Shown piece after piece: positions 52,917 through 64,000 of a stretch of 64,000 nt of DNA (its first letter is position 1; the number at the start of each line of letters is the position of its first letter). Made by a program: the position numbers and the translations under genes. Source of the stretch: Carcharhinus amblyrhynchos (lineage: Eukaryota); NCBI GenBank assembly GCA_965287045.1, contig OZ336886.1:38998001-39062000 (forward strand), written 5' to 3'. Below the pieces are notes generated by a model. That model saw nothing but the letters and a program-made list of their open reading frames with translations, was not told the origin of the DNA and did no database searches.

Positions 52917-54110
52917 AAACGACAAGGCAAATTCAGGGAACCGCACCAACCCTCGTGTATGACATTCTTTAATTGTGCAAGAGCCGTCAACATTGTCAAT
53001 CCTGAGGGATTATGGAGCACACTCCATCTCAGCTGCCCCAAATGTTTGTCACATTTCTCCAGATGCTCCACAATGACGTGCAAGCCTTGATCCTGACCAA
53101 TGGATCCACCACAGATCAAATTTGCTTTGGAAATGTGGTCGTGAAATTCTGCATCATCACACCAACGCTCTTCTCAATGTTGCATCATGCACACTCTCAT
53201 CTCACACTCTGCAACCTGCCACTGAATTAGTGCTAAAATACAGAACAAACGACAATCTATTCAGTGATCCATACATGCAGGCCTGATCCAAAGTCGTCCT
53301 ATCCTCCTGTCAGTCAACTACGTATAGCAAATAATGATCGCGACTGCGCAAAATTGGAGGCCAATTTCCAAACCATGGTCAACACCTTTTCCAAAGTGTA
53401 CAAGTGATGTACATAAATATGCTGTCGCCTGAGGAAGTGTTTGAAGATCAGGAACTCAGTCAAGTAACAGGGCTCATGGTCTACAGTGCATTAGTGTTAC
53501 TGCCCATCTGTATGGCTCAGAAATGTTGATTATGTACAGCGGGCACCTCAATACCCTGGAGAAGTAGCACCAGTGCTGCCTCTGGATGATCCTGAAAATC
53601 CATTGATAGCATAAACACACACCAACGCTCTTCTCAATTTTGCCACTGGACAATGGTCTCATTCAGGCCAATATCCCAGCACTGAAGCATTCACCAAGCT
53701 GAGTGAACTCTGCTGCGAACGCCATATCGCCAAATGTCTGACACGAGATACCCAAACCAAATGCTGTGCTTGGAGCTTTGATATTGCAAGCAAGTCCCAT
53801 AGGAGCAGGAAAAATGCATCAATAACGCCTGAAAACGTCCTCAAAACTTCAAACAACCCCACTGATAGCAGGAAATCCCTTGCGCAAGACCATTTAAAAG
53901 GGATGAAAAGCATTGAAAAGGAGCTGAACACCTTGATCTTCATCGCCAACAGCAAGCGGAAGTCGAGCGGTGTCAGGAAAGGAGTGCATAGTGATCCACT
54001 CACTCACCCACTCCTCGATTCCATATCTGCCCCCTGTGATAGAAATTGTAGGCTATCATTCGACTGTTCCGCCCACCATTTGTGAAATTATTTTGAGTGT
54101 TGTAGTAAGT
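52917..54110 (+). mobile_element. RTE LINE fragment type A (unit 25)
   Basis: Collinear with unit 4. Confidence 0.85.
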
Positions 54111-55123
54111 GTGGAGAAGCACAGGGAGTGTTGCATGCCCAGTGTGAAGAGGGCAGGAGACAGGTGACAAACCCAGTATGAAGTAACACGGAATGAGGAT
54201 GGAGATCCTAATGAGGAGTAGTAGGAAAGGAGTGTTTAACTGAGTATTGAGTGGAGTGGGGCGTTTATTGGTGAAATTGTATTATGCAACACAGAACCAG
54301 AGAACTGATCCTAGAGTAAAAGAGTGTTTTAGTAAGGAGACGAATACTGATCCCAGGGTAGAACAGCATGAGAGGATGGCAGCAAATGCAGTGTGGAGCA
54401 GTTTGAGAGGGGAGTGCTGAACACAGTCTGGAGCAGTGTGAGAGGAGAGAGTTGAATCCAGTGTTGAGCAGCGAGGTTGGCGAACCAAGTGTAGGACAAT
54501 GTGTTATGAGGAAAGTGAAAGAAGTGTGGAGCAAGGCATCAGCAATCCGGTATGAAGCATCGCAGGAGCAGAGCGCTGGAGCCAGTACGGCGTGACAGGG
54601 GAGAAGATCTGCAACTCTTTCTAATGTGATGGAGGATATAAACAACCAGCCTATTTTCGAGTGGTGAAGCAGGACGGCAAAGAACCAATTGGGAGCAGAT
54701 AGGAGAAGAGCAATGAAACCAGTGCAGAGCAATGTGAGAAGAGTACTGTGAGTTGAATATGGTGCAGCACAGGAGAAGAGGAATAGTCTGGAGCAATGGA
54801 AGAAGAGAGAAGTGAATACAGTGATTGTAGAAGAGCAAAGAAAGCAGTGTGGCCCAGTGCAGGCAGAGTGTAGTAAACCCAGTCGAGCAATGCGCAGGGA
54901 TGTCAAACCCAGTGTGGAGCACCACGGGAGGAGAGTGAAGATCTCAGTTTAGAAGAATGTGCGAGGAGGTGATGGGGCAATCCCAGTGTGGAGCAGCGTG
55001 TGAGGAGAGAGGTGGAACCCATTGAGTAGCACAGGAGCAGAGGGCTGATCCCAGTGTGCATGACCATGAACCCAGTGTTGAGCAGTTCAGCAGCAAACCT
55101 GAGTTGGAGAAGCATGGGACGAG
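54111..55123 (+). repeat. Minisatellite block S1 (mainly S1a)
   Basis: Collinear with 1638-2664; same 14-bp deletion as at 18300. Confidence 0.82.
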
Positions 55124-56274
55124 CAACTACAAGAGAATTGCAGGGAAAGCATCAACAACTTTACATGACCTTCTTTGATTTCAGAAGAGCCTTCAACATT
55201 ATGTATGCTGAGAGATTATGGGAAACTATCCTCTGTTGGATGCCCCAATGGTCACCATTCTCTACCTGCTTCACAATGACACATAGGCCGTGATCCTGAC
55301 CAATGGATTCACCACAGATCCAATTCACTTTGGAAATGTAGTCATGAAATTCTGCATCATCTGCACCAACGCTCTTCTCAATTTTGCTTCGTGCAATGCT
55401 CTATCTCACACTCAGAGCTAAATTACAGAACATGGGACAATCTATTCAGCGATCCTTACGTGCAGGCCTGATCCAAAGTCGTCCTATCCTCCTGTCAGTC
55501 AACTACGTATAGCAAATGATGATCGCGACTGTACAACATTGGAGGAAATCTTCCAAACCATGGTCAGCACCTTCTCGAAGATGTAAGAGAGCATGAGCCT
55601 TACATTAAATATTCTGTCACCTGAGGATGTGTTTGAAGATCAGGAACTCAGTCCCAGAACAGGGCTCATAGTTTACAGTGCAGTAGTGTTACTGCCCATC
55701 TATATGGCTCAGGGATGTTGATCATGTACAGCAGGCACCTCAAAATCCTGGAGAAGTAGCACCAGCGCTGCCTCTGGATGATCCTGAAAATCCATGGGCA
55801 GCATAAACACATAATGTCAGTGGTCTCATTCAAGCCAATATCCCAGCATTGAAGCATTGATCATGCTGAGTCAACTCTGCTGGGCAGGCCAAACCACCAC
55901 ATGTCTGACACGAGTTACCCAAAGCAAACGTTGTGCTTGGAGCTTTGATACTGCAAGCAAGTCCCATTGGAGCAGGAATAATGCATCAGTAACACCCTGA
56001 AGGTGTCCTCAAAACTTCCAACAACCCCACTGATAGCAGAGAATCCCTTGCGCAAGACCACTGAAAATGGATGAAAGCACTGAAAAGGAGCTGAACACCT
56101 TGATCTTCATCGCCGAGAACAAGCGGAAATCGAGCAGTGTTTGGGAAAGGAGTGCATAGTGATCCCCTCACTCACCCATTCCTCTATTCCAGATCTGTCC
56201 CCCATGATAGAGATTGTAGGCTGTCATTAGACTGTTCCGCCATCTGTGAAATTATTTTGAGTGTTGTAGTAAGT
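55124..56274 (+). mobile_element. RTE LINE fragment type B (unit 26)
   Basis: Collinear with unit 2. Confidence 0.85.
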
Positions 56275-57298
56275 GTGGAGAAGCACGGGGAGTGTTGCAC
56301 GCCCAGTGTGAAGAGGGCAGGAGACAGGTGGCAAACCCAGTATGAAGTAACACGGAATGAGGACGGTGATCCTAATGAGGAGCAGTAGGAGATGAGAGTG
56401 TTTAACTGAGTGTTGAGTGGAGTGGGGCGTTTATCGGTGAACTTGTTTCATGCTACATAGGACCAGAGAACTGATCCAAGGGTGCAACAGTGTTTTCGTA
56501 AGGAGAGGAACAGTGATCCCAGGGTAGAACAGCATGAGAGGATGGGCAGCAAATGCAGTGTGGAGCAGTTTGTGAGGGGAGTGCTGAACCCAGTCTGGAG
56601 CAGTATGAGAGGAGAGAGTTGAATCCAGTGTTGAGCAGCGAGGTTGGCGAACCAAGTGTAGAACAATGTGTTATCAGGAAAGTGAAAGAAGTGTGGAGCA
56701 AGGCATCAGCAATCCGGTATGAAGCATCGCAGGAGCAGAGCGCTGGAGCCAGTATGGCGTGACTGGAGACAAGATCTGCAAACTCTTTATAATACGATGT
56801 AGAATATAAACGACCAGCCTATTTTCGAGTGGTGAAGCAGGACAGCAATGAACCCAGTGCGAGCTGACAGGAGAAGAGCAATGAAACCAGTGCGAGCAAT
56901 GTGAGAAGAGTACTGTGAGTTGAATATGGTGCAGCACAGGAGAAGAGGAATAGTCTGGAGCAATGGGGGAAGAGAGAAGTGAACACAGTGATCGTGGGAG
57001 AAGAGCGAAGAAACCAGTGAGGCCCAGTGCAGGCAGAGTGTAGTAAACCCAGTCGAGCAATGTGCAGGGATGTCAAACCCACTGTGAAGCACTGCGGGAG
57101 GAGACCGAAGATCTCAGTTCAGAAGAATGTGGGAGGAGGTAGTGGGGCAATCCCAGTGTGGAGCAGCTGTGAGATGAGCGGTGGAACCCATTGAGTAGCA
57201 CAGCAGCAGAGGGCTGATCCCAGTGTAGAGCCATTTGACGATGAACCCAGTGTTGAGCAGTTCAGCAGGAAACCTGAGCGGGAGAAGCATGGGACGAG
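56275..57298 (+). repeat. Minisatellite block S1b
   Basis: Collinear with 3815-4844. Confidence 0.82.
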
Positions 57299-58562
57299 CA
57301 TCTACAAGAGAAATGCAGGGAAAGCATCAACAATTTTACATGATCTTCTTTGATCTCGGAAGAGTCTTCAATGTTGTCTATGCTGAGAGATTATGGGGAA
57401 CTATCCTCTGTGTTGGCTGCCCCAATGGTCACCATTCTCCACCTGCTTCACTGACACTTCAGCCAAGAACCTAACCAACGGATCCACCAGAAATCCAACT
57501 TATACCAATACTGTTCTCAATCTTGCTTCTTACATTGCACCATCTCACCCCCAGAAAGCTGCCAGTGAAATAGAGCTACATTACAGAACAAACAAGAATC
57601 AGTTCAGCATGCAATAGGTCAGGCCTGATCCAGGGTTGTCCCATCTTGTCATGGAACTGTATTTGGAAACGATGATTGTGCTTGTGCACAATTAGAGGCC
57701 AAGCTCCAAACCATGGTCAACACTTTCACCAAGATGTATGAGAGCGTGGGCCTTTCACTAAATATCCAGAAGACAATGGTCGTCTTCCAACCTCCCTCGT
57801 CATACAGAACTGATGCCACCAAAACCGGTCATCAAATGTGGAAAATGTGGACTACGTTCCATAACGTGAGACCTCACAATGGCAGACAACAACAACAAGC
57901 TTCAACACTGTCTTCAGTGTGCCAACGCAGTCTTCTGTCACCTGAGGATGTGTTTGAAGATCAGGAACTCAGACAAGCACAAAGCTCATGGTCTACAGGG
58001 TCCTAGTGTTACAACCCTCTATATGGCTCAGAGACGTGGACTCTGTACGGCAGGCACCTCAAACCCTCGAGAAATCCCTGTAGTGCTGCCACTGCAAGAT
58101 CCTGCAGCAAAGGCACACAACGTCAGTGGTATCACTCAGATCAATCACCTGAGCATCGAAGCACTGACCAGGCTGAGTCAGCTCTGCTGGGCTGGCCACA
58201 TCACCACGTCAGATAGGAGTCTCCCAAAGCAATTGCTGTACTCAGAGCTTTGATACAGCAAGCCCCAGGAGGGTAGAGAAAATGCATCAAGAACATCCTG
58301 AAAACTTCTTCAGAATTTACAACACTGCCACTGACCCCAAGGAATCCCATGCCCAAGACCGCTTGAAGTGGATAAAAAGCATTTGAGGAGGAGCTGAACA
58401 CCTTCATCTTCATCACTGAGAGCAAGCGGAAGCCAAACTTAATCAGGAGAAGGAGCATGGAGCAACCCACACACTCACCCACTCCCCCACTGTAATAGAG
58501 ATTGTCGGCTGTCATGAGACTGCTCCATCAGCTGTGAATTTATTTTAAGTGTTATCGCAAGT
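57299..58562 (+). mobile_element. RTE LINE fragment type C (unit 27)
   Basis: Collinear with unit 3; small deletions. Confidence 0.86.
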
Positions 58563-59564
58563 GTGGAGAAACCCGGGTGGAGTGTGGCATTGCCCAGTGT
58601 GGAGCGGTGTGGAATGGTGGCAAACCTTGTATGCCTTAGTGTGGGATGAGGACGGTGATCCTAATGAAGAGCAGTGAGCTCAACTGAGTGTTGATCAGAG
58701 TTGTGGGGGGCTGGTTAGTGGCAATCTTGTATCACGCAACGTGTGCCCAGACAGCGATCTCAGAGTACAATGGTGATTTTGTAAGGAGGTGAGTGATGAA
58801 CCCAGGGTAGAATACCATAAGAGGATAGCGGCACAAGAGGAGAAGGAGGAAACCAGTATACAGCAGAGCACGAGGACAGCAGTCAACCTCTTGTGGAGCA
58901 GCACAAGAGGAGAGAGATGAATCCAGTGTGAAGCAGCAAGATTGGCAAACCAAGTGTAGAACATTGTGTTATCAGGAAGGCGAAAGCAGTCTGGAGCAGG
59001 TTGGGTGGAATCAGCAGTCCAACATGAAACATTGCAGGAGCGGTGAACCTAGTATGCCAATGTGGAATATAAATGATGAGCCCAGTTTTGAGTGGTGCCC
59101 TAGAAGAGCAATGGATCTAGTGTGAGTAGCATGGGAGAAGAACATGAAACCAGTGTACAGCAATGTGAGAAGAGTACAGCAAATTGAATATTGTGCCTCG
59201 CAGAAGCGCATGATAAATCCAGTCTGGGGCAGCGAAGAAGGAGAGAGGTGAACACAGTATGGATCATTGTGGGAGAAGAGTAAAGACTCCAGTGTGGACC
59301 AGTCCAGGCAGAGTGCAGAGAATCCAGAGGAGTAGTGCACATGGATGGAGAACCCACTATGGAACAGTGTCGGATGTGAGCAGAGGTCCCGTTTAGAAGG
59401 AAGTAGGAGACGGAGAAATGGTGATCCCAATGTGGAGCAGTATGTGAGCTGAGTAACGATCCCAGTGAGGGGGCATGTGGATGCATGACAACAAAACCAA
59501 TGTTGAGCAACACAGTAGCAAGCCCAGGATGCAGCTGTGAGGGAGGAGCAACTAAACAGAGCAG
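58563..59564 (+). repeat. Minisatellite block S2
   Basis: Closest to 43015-44017 (offset about 15547). Confidence 0.84.
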
Positions 59565-60755
59565 CAACTACAAGGGAAATTCAGGGAACAGCACCAACCC
59601 TTGTGTATGACATTCTTGAATCTTGCAAGAGCCGTCAACATTGTCAATCCTGAGGGATTATGGAGCACACTCCATTTCAGCTGCCCCAAATGTTTGTCAC
59701 ATTTCTCCAGCTGCTCCACAATGACATGCAAGCCTTGATCCTGACCAATGGATCCACCACAGATCAAATTCGCTTTGGAAATGTGGTCGTGAAATTCTGC
59801 ATCATCACACCAACGCTCTTCTCAATTTTGCTTCATGCACACTCTCATCTCGCACTCTGCAACCTGCCACTGGATTAGAGCAAAATTACAGAACAAACAA
59901 CAATCTATTCAGTGATCCATACATGCAGGCCTGATCCAAAGTCGTCCTATCGTCCTGTCAGTCAACTACGTATAGCAAATAATGATTGCGACTGCGCAAA
60001 ATTGGAGGCCAAGTTCCAAACCATGGTCAACACCTTTTCCAAAATGTACAAGAGATGTACATAAATATGCTGTTGCCTGAGGAAGTGTTTGAAGATCAGT
60101 AACTTAGTCAAGTAACTGGGCTCATGGTCTACAGTGCATTAGTGTTACTGCCTATCTGTATGGCTCAGAAATGTTGATTATGTACAGCAGGCACCTCAAA
60201 ACCCTGGAGAAGTAGCACCAGTGCTGCCTCTGGATGATCCTGAAAATCCATTGATAGCATCAACACACAGCAACGCTCTTCTCAATTTTGCCACTGGACA
60301 ATGGTCTCATTCAGGCCAATATCCCGGCATTGAAGCATTGACCATGCTGAGTCAAATCTGCTGGGCACGCCATATCGCCAAATGTCTGACACGAGATACC
60401 CAAAGCAAATGCAGTGCTTGGAGCTTCGATATTGCAAGCAAGTCCCATAGGAGCAGGAAAAATGCATCAGTAACACCCTGAAAACGTCCTCAAAACTTAG
60501 AACAACCCCACTGATAGCAGGGAAACCCTTGGGCAAAACCATTTAAAATGGATGAAAAGCATTGAAAAGGAGCTGAACACCGTGATCTTCATCGCCAAGA
60601 GCAAGCAGAAGTTGAGCGGTGAGAGGAAGGGAGTGCATAGTGATCCACTCAATCACCCAATCCTCTATTCCATATCTGGCCCCCGTGATAGAAATTGTAG
60701 GCTATCATTCGACTGTTCCGCCATCTGTGAAATTATTTTGAGTGTTGCAGTAAGT
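59565..60755 (+). mobile_element. RTE LINE fragment type A (unit 28)
   Basis: Collinear with units 1 and 21. Confidence 0.85.
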
Positions 60756-61787
60756 GTGGAGAAGCACGGGGAGTGTTGCATGCCCAGTGTGAAGAGGGCA
60801 GGAGACAGGTGGCAATCCCAGTATGAAGTAACACGGAATGAAGACGGAGATCCTAATGAGGAGCAGCAGCTGAGGAGAGTGTTTAACTAAGTATTGAGTG
60901 GAGTGGGGCGTTTATTGGTGAACTTGTATAATGCAACATAGGACCAGAGAACTGATCCAAGATTACAACAGTGTTTTAGTAAGGAGATGAATAGTGATCC
61001 CAGGGTAGAACAGCATGAGAGGATGGCAGCAAATGCAGTGTGGAGCAGTTTGAGAGGGGAGTGCTGAACCTAGTCTGGAGCAGTATGAGAGGAGAGAGTT
61101 GAATCCAGAGTTGAGCAGCGAGGTTGGCGAACCAAGTGTAGAACAATGTGTTATCAGGAAAGTGAAAGAAGTGTGGAGCAAGGCATCAGCAATTCGGTAT
61201 GAAGCATCGCAGGAGCAGAGCAGTGGAGCCAGTACGGCGTGACTGGAGAGAAGATCTGCAAACTCTTTATAATGTGATGTAGGATATAAACAAACAGCCT
61301 ATTTTCAAGTGGTGAAGCAGGACAGCAATGAACCCAGTGCGAGCTGATAGGAGAAGAGCAATGAAACCAGTGCGGAGCAATGTGAGAAGAGTACTGTGAG
61401 TTGAATAGTGTGCAGCACAGGGGAAGAGGAATAGTCTGGAGTAATGGAAGAAGAGAGAAGTGAACACAGTGATCGTGGGAGAAGAGCGAAGAAACCAGTG
61501 AGGCCCAGTGCAGGCAGAGTGTAGTGAACCCAGTCGAGCAACGCACATGGATGTCAAACCCACTGTGAAGCACTGCGGGAGGAGAGCGAAGATCTCAGTT
61601 CAGAAGAATGTGGGAGGAGGTAGTGGGGCAATCCCAGTGTGGAGCAGCTGTGAGAAGAGTGGTGGAACCCATTGAGTAGCACAGCAGCAGAGGGCTGATC
61701 CCAGTGTGGAGCCATTTGGATGCATGACGATGAACCCAGTGTTGAGCAGTTCAGCAGGAAACCTGAGGGGGAGAAGCATGGGACGAG
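60756..61787 (+). repeat. Minisatellite block S1 (S1a/S1b chimera)
   Basis: S1a-like start; 3' part close to that of 56275-57298. Confidence 0.8.
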
Positions 61788-63022
61788 CATCTACAAGAGA
61801 AATGCAGGGAAAGCATCAACAATTTTACATGATCTTCTTTGATCTCGGAAGTGTCTTCAACGTTGTCTATGCTGAGAGATTATGGGGAACTATCCTCTGT
61901 GTTGGCTGCCGCAATGGTCACCATTCTCCACCTGCTTCACTGACACTTCAGCCAAGAACCTAACCAACGGATCCACCAGAAATCCAACTTATACCAATAC
62001 TGTTCTCAATCTTGCTTCCTACATTGCACCATCACATCCCCAGAAAGCTGCCAGTGAAATAGAGCTACATTACAGAACAAACAAGAATCTGTTCAGCATC
62101 CAATCGGTCAGGCCTGATCCAGGGTCGTCCCATCTTGTCATGGAACTGTATTTGGAAACGATGATTGTGCTTGTGCACAACTGGAGGCCAAGCTCCGAAC
62201 CATGGTCAACACTTTCACCAAGGTGTATGAGAGCGTGGGCCTTTCACTAAATATCCAGAAGACAATGGTCGTCTTCCAACCTCCCTCGTCATACAGCACT
62301 GATGCCACCAAAACCAGTCATCAAATGTGGACTACGTTCCATAACGTGAGACCTCACAGTGGCAGACAACAACAACAAGCTTCAACACTGTCTTCAGTGT
62401 GCCAACACAGTCTTCTGTCACCTGAGGATGTGTTTGAAGATCAGGAACTCAGACAAGCACAAAGCTCATGGTCTACAGGGTCCTAGTGTTACAACCCTCT
62501 ATATGGCTCAGAGACGTGGACTCTGTACGGCAGGCACCTGAAACCCTCGAGAAATCCCTGCAGTGCTGCCACTGCAAGATCCTGCAAATCCATTGGCAGC
62601 AAAGGCACACAACGTCAGTGGTATCACTCAGATCAATCTCCTGAGCATCGAAGCACTGACCAGGCTGAGTCATCTCTGCTGGGCTGGCCACATCAGCACG
62701 TCAGACAGGAGTCTCCCAAAGCAATTGCTGTACTCAGAGCTTTGATACAGCAAGCCCCAGGAGGGTAGAGAAAATGCATCAAGAACATCCTGAAAACTTC
62801 TTCAGAATTTACAACACTGCCACTGACCCCAAGGAATCCCATGCCCAAGACCGCTTGAAGTGGATGAAAAGCATCTGAGAAGGAGCTGAACACCTTGATC
62901 TTCATCACTGAGAGCAAGCGGAAGCCAAGCATCATCAGGAGAAGGAGCACGGAGCAACCCACACACTCACCCACTACTCCCCTGTAATAGATATTGTAGG
63001 CTGTCATTAGACTGCTCCATCA
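61788..63022 (+). mobile_element. RTE LINE fragment type C (unit 29), 3' tip deleted
   Basis: Shares private variants with unit 27 (CTGACACTTCAGCCAAGAACCTAACC); ends at CTCCATCA|GGAGGTGAG. Confidence 0.86.
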
Positions 63023-63792
63023 GGAGGTGAGTGATGAACCCAGGGTAGAATACCATAAGAGGATAGCGGCACAAGAGCAGAAGGAGGAAACCAGTATGCA
63101 GCAGAGCACGAGGACAGCAGTGTAACCTCAGCACAAGAGGAGAGAGATGAATCCAGTGTGAAGCAGCAAGATTGCCAAACCAAGCGTAGAACAATGTGTT
63201 ATCAGGAAGGCAAAAGCAGCCTGGAGCAGGTTGGGTGGAATCAGCAGTCCAATATGAAACATTGCAGGAGCGGTGAACCTAGTATGCCAATGTGGAACAT
63301 AAATGATGGGCCCAGTTTTGAGTGGTGCCCTAGAAGAGCAATGGATCCAGTGTGAGCAGCATGGGAGAAGAACATGAAACCAGTGTACAGCAATGTGAGA
63401 AGAGTACAGCAAATTGAATATTGTGCCGCGCAGCTAGCACATGATAAATCCAGTCTGGGGCAGTGAAGGAGAGAGGTGAGCACAGTATGGATCATCGTGG
63501 GAGAAGAGTAAAGACTCCAGTGTGGACCAGCGCAGGCAGCATGCAGTGAACCCAGAGGAGTGGTGCACATGGATGGACAACCCACCGTGGAGTAGTGTCG
63601 GATGTGAGCAGAGGTCCCGTTTGGAAGGAAGTAGGAAAAGGAGGAATGGTGATCCCAATGTGGAGCAGTATGTGAGGTGAGTAACGATCCCAGTGAGGGA
63701 GCATGTGGATGCATGACAACAAATCCAGTGTTGAGCAGCACAGCAGCAAGCCCAGGTTGCAGCTGTGAGGGAGGAGCAACTAAACCAAGCAG
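63023..63792 (+). repeat. Minisatellite block S2 (5'-deleted)
   Basis: Collinear with 6354-7132. Confidence 0.83.
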
Positions 63793-63990
63793 CAACTACA
63801 AGGGAAATTCAGGGAACAGCACCAACCCTTGTCTATGACATTCTTTAATCTTGCAAGAGCCATCAACATTGTAAATCCTGAGCGATTATGGAGCACGCTC
63901 CATTTCAGTTGACCCAAATGTATGTCACATTGCGACTGCGCAAAATTGGAGGCCAAGTTCCAAACCATGGTCAACACCTTCTCAAAATGT
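63793..63990 (+). mobile_element. RTE LINE fragment type A, internally deleted remnant (unit 30)
   Basis: A-type start, ~285-bp deletion at about 63931, homology lost after about 63990. Confidence 0.75.
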
Positions 63991-64000
63991 GTGGTATTCT

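Larger units (their letters stand above)
1..63990 (+). repeat. Tandem macrosatellite array: 30 composite monomers (35-bp minisatellite block + RTE LINE 3' fragment) in 6.69-kb trimer and 4.5-kb dimer higher-order repeats
   Basis: The landmark CAACTACAAG(A/G)GAAAT, or a close variant, recurs 30 times (447, 2665, 4845, 7133, 9357 ... 61788, 63793). It is always on the same strand and alternates with GAACCCAGTGTGGAGCAG-rich blocks. Near-identical ORF translations recur at fixed offsets. Confidence 0.97.

Noticed and set aside
447-63990. Telomeric retrotransposon array (HeT-A/TART-like serial insertions) or active LINE cluster
   Set aside because: Identical 5' and 3' breakpoints, shared inactivating indels, no tails and no endonuclease domain indicate DNA-level amplification of one dead fragment.

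Overview
The whole 64 kb is one eukaryotic-type tandem macrosatellite. I find no credible protein-coding gene, RNA gene or prokaryotic system. It has 30 head-to-tail, same-strand composite monomers of about 2.1-2.3 kb. Each is (i) a ~1.0 kb block of about 30 degenerate ~35-bp purine-rich minisatellite units (core GAWCCCAGTGTGGAGCAG) followed by (ii) a 1.1-1.3 kb dead, + strand 3' fragment of an RTE-clade non-LTR retrotransposon ORF. The fragment runs from just before RT motif A to the C-terminal Zn-finger-like end, is frameshifted, has lost YADD, and has no tail or target-site duplication. There are three RTE variants (A x13, B x5, C x12) and two minisatellite variants (S1, with subtypes a and b, and S2). 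They form a 6.69-kb higher-order trimer S2-A-S1a-B-S1b-C and 4.5-kb A-C dimers that appear to be independent unequal-crossover derivatives. On top of these sit recent block duplications with offsets of about 9.02, 19.0, 6.70, 27.88 and 15.55 kb. Divergence and private deletions increase towards the right end, which may be the array edge. The RT-plus-repeat-array layout superficially resembles an RT-CRISPR locus, but the sequence supports a LINE/minisatellite-derived satellite instead. A vertebrate host (possibly cartilaginous fish) is only my impression. All coordinates were read by eye and are approximate to within a few bases.
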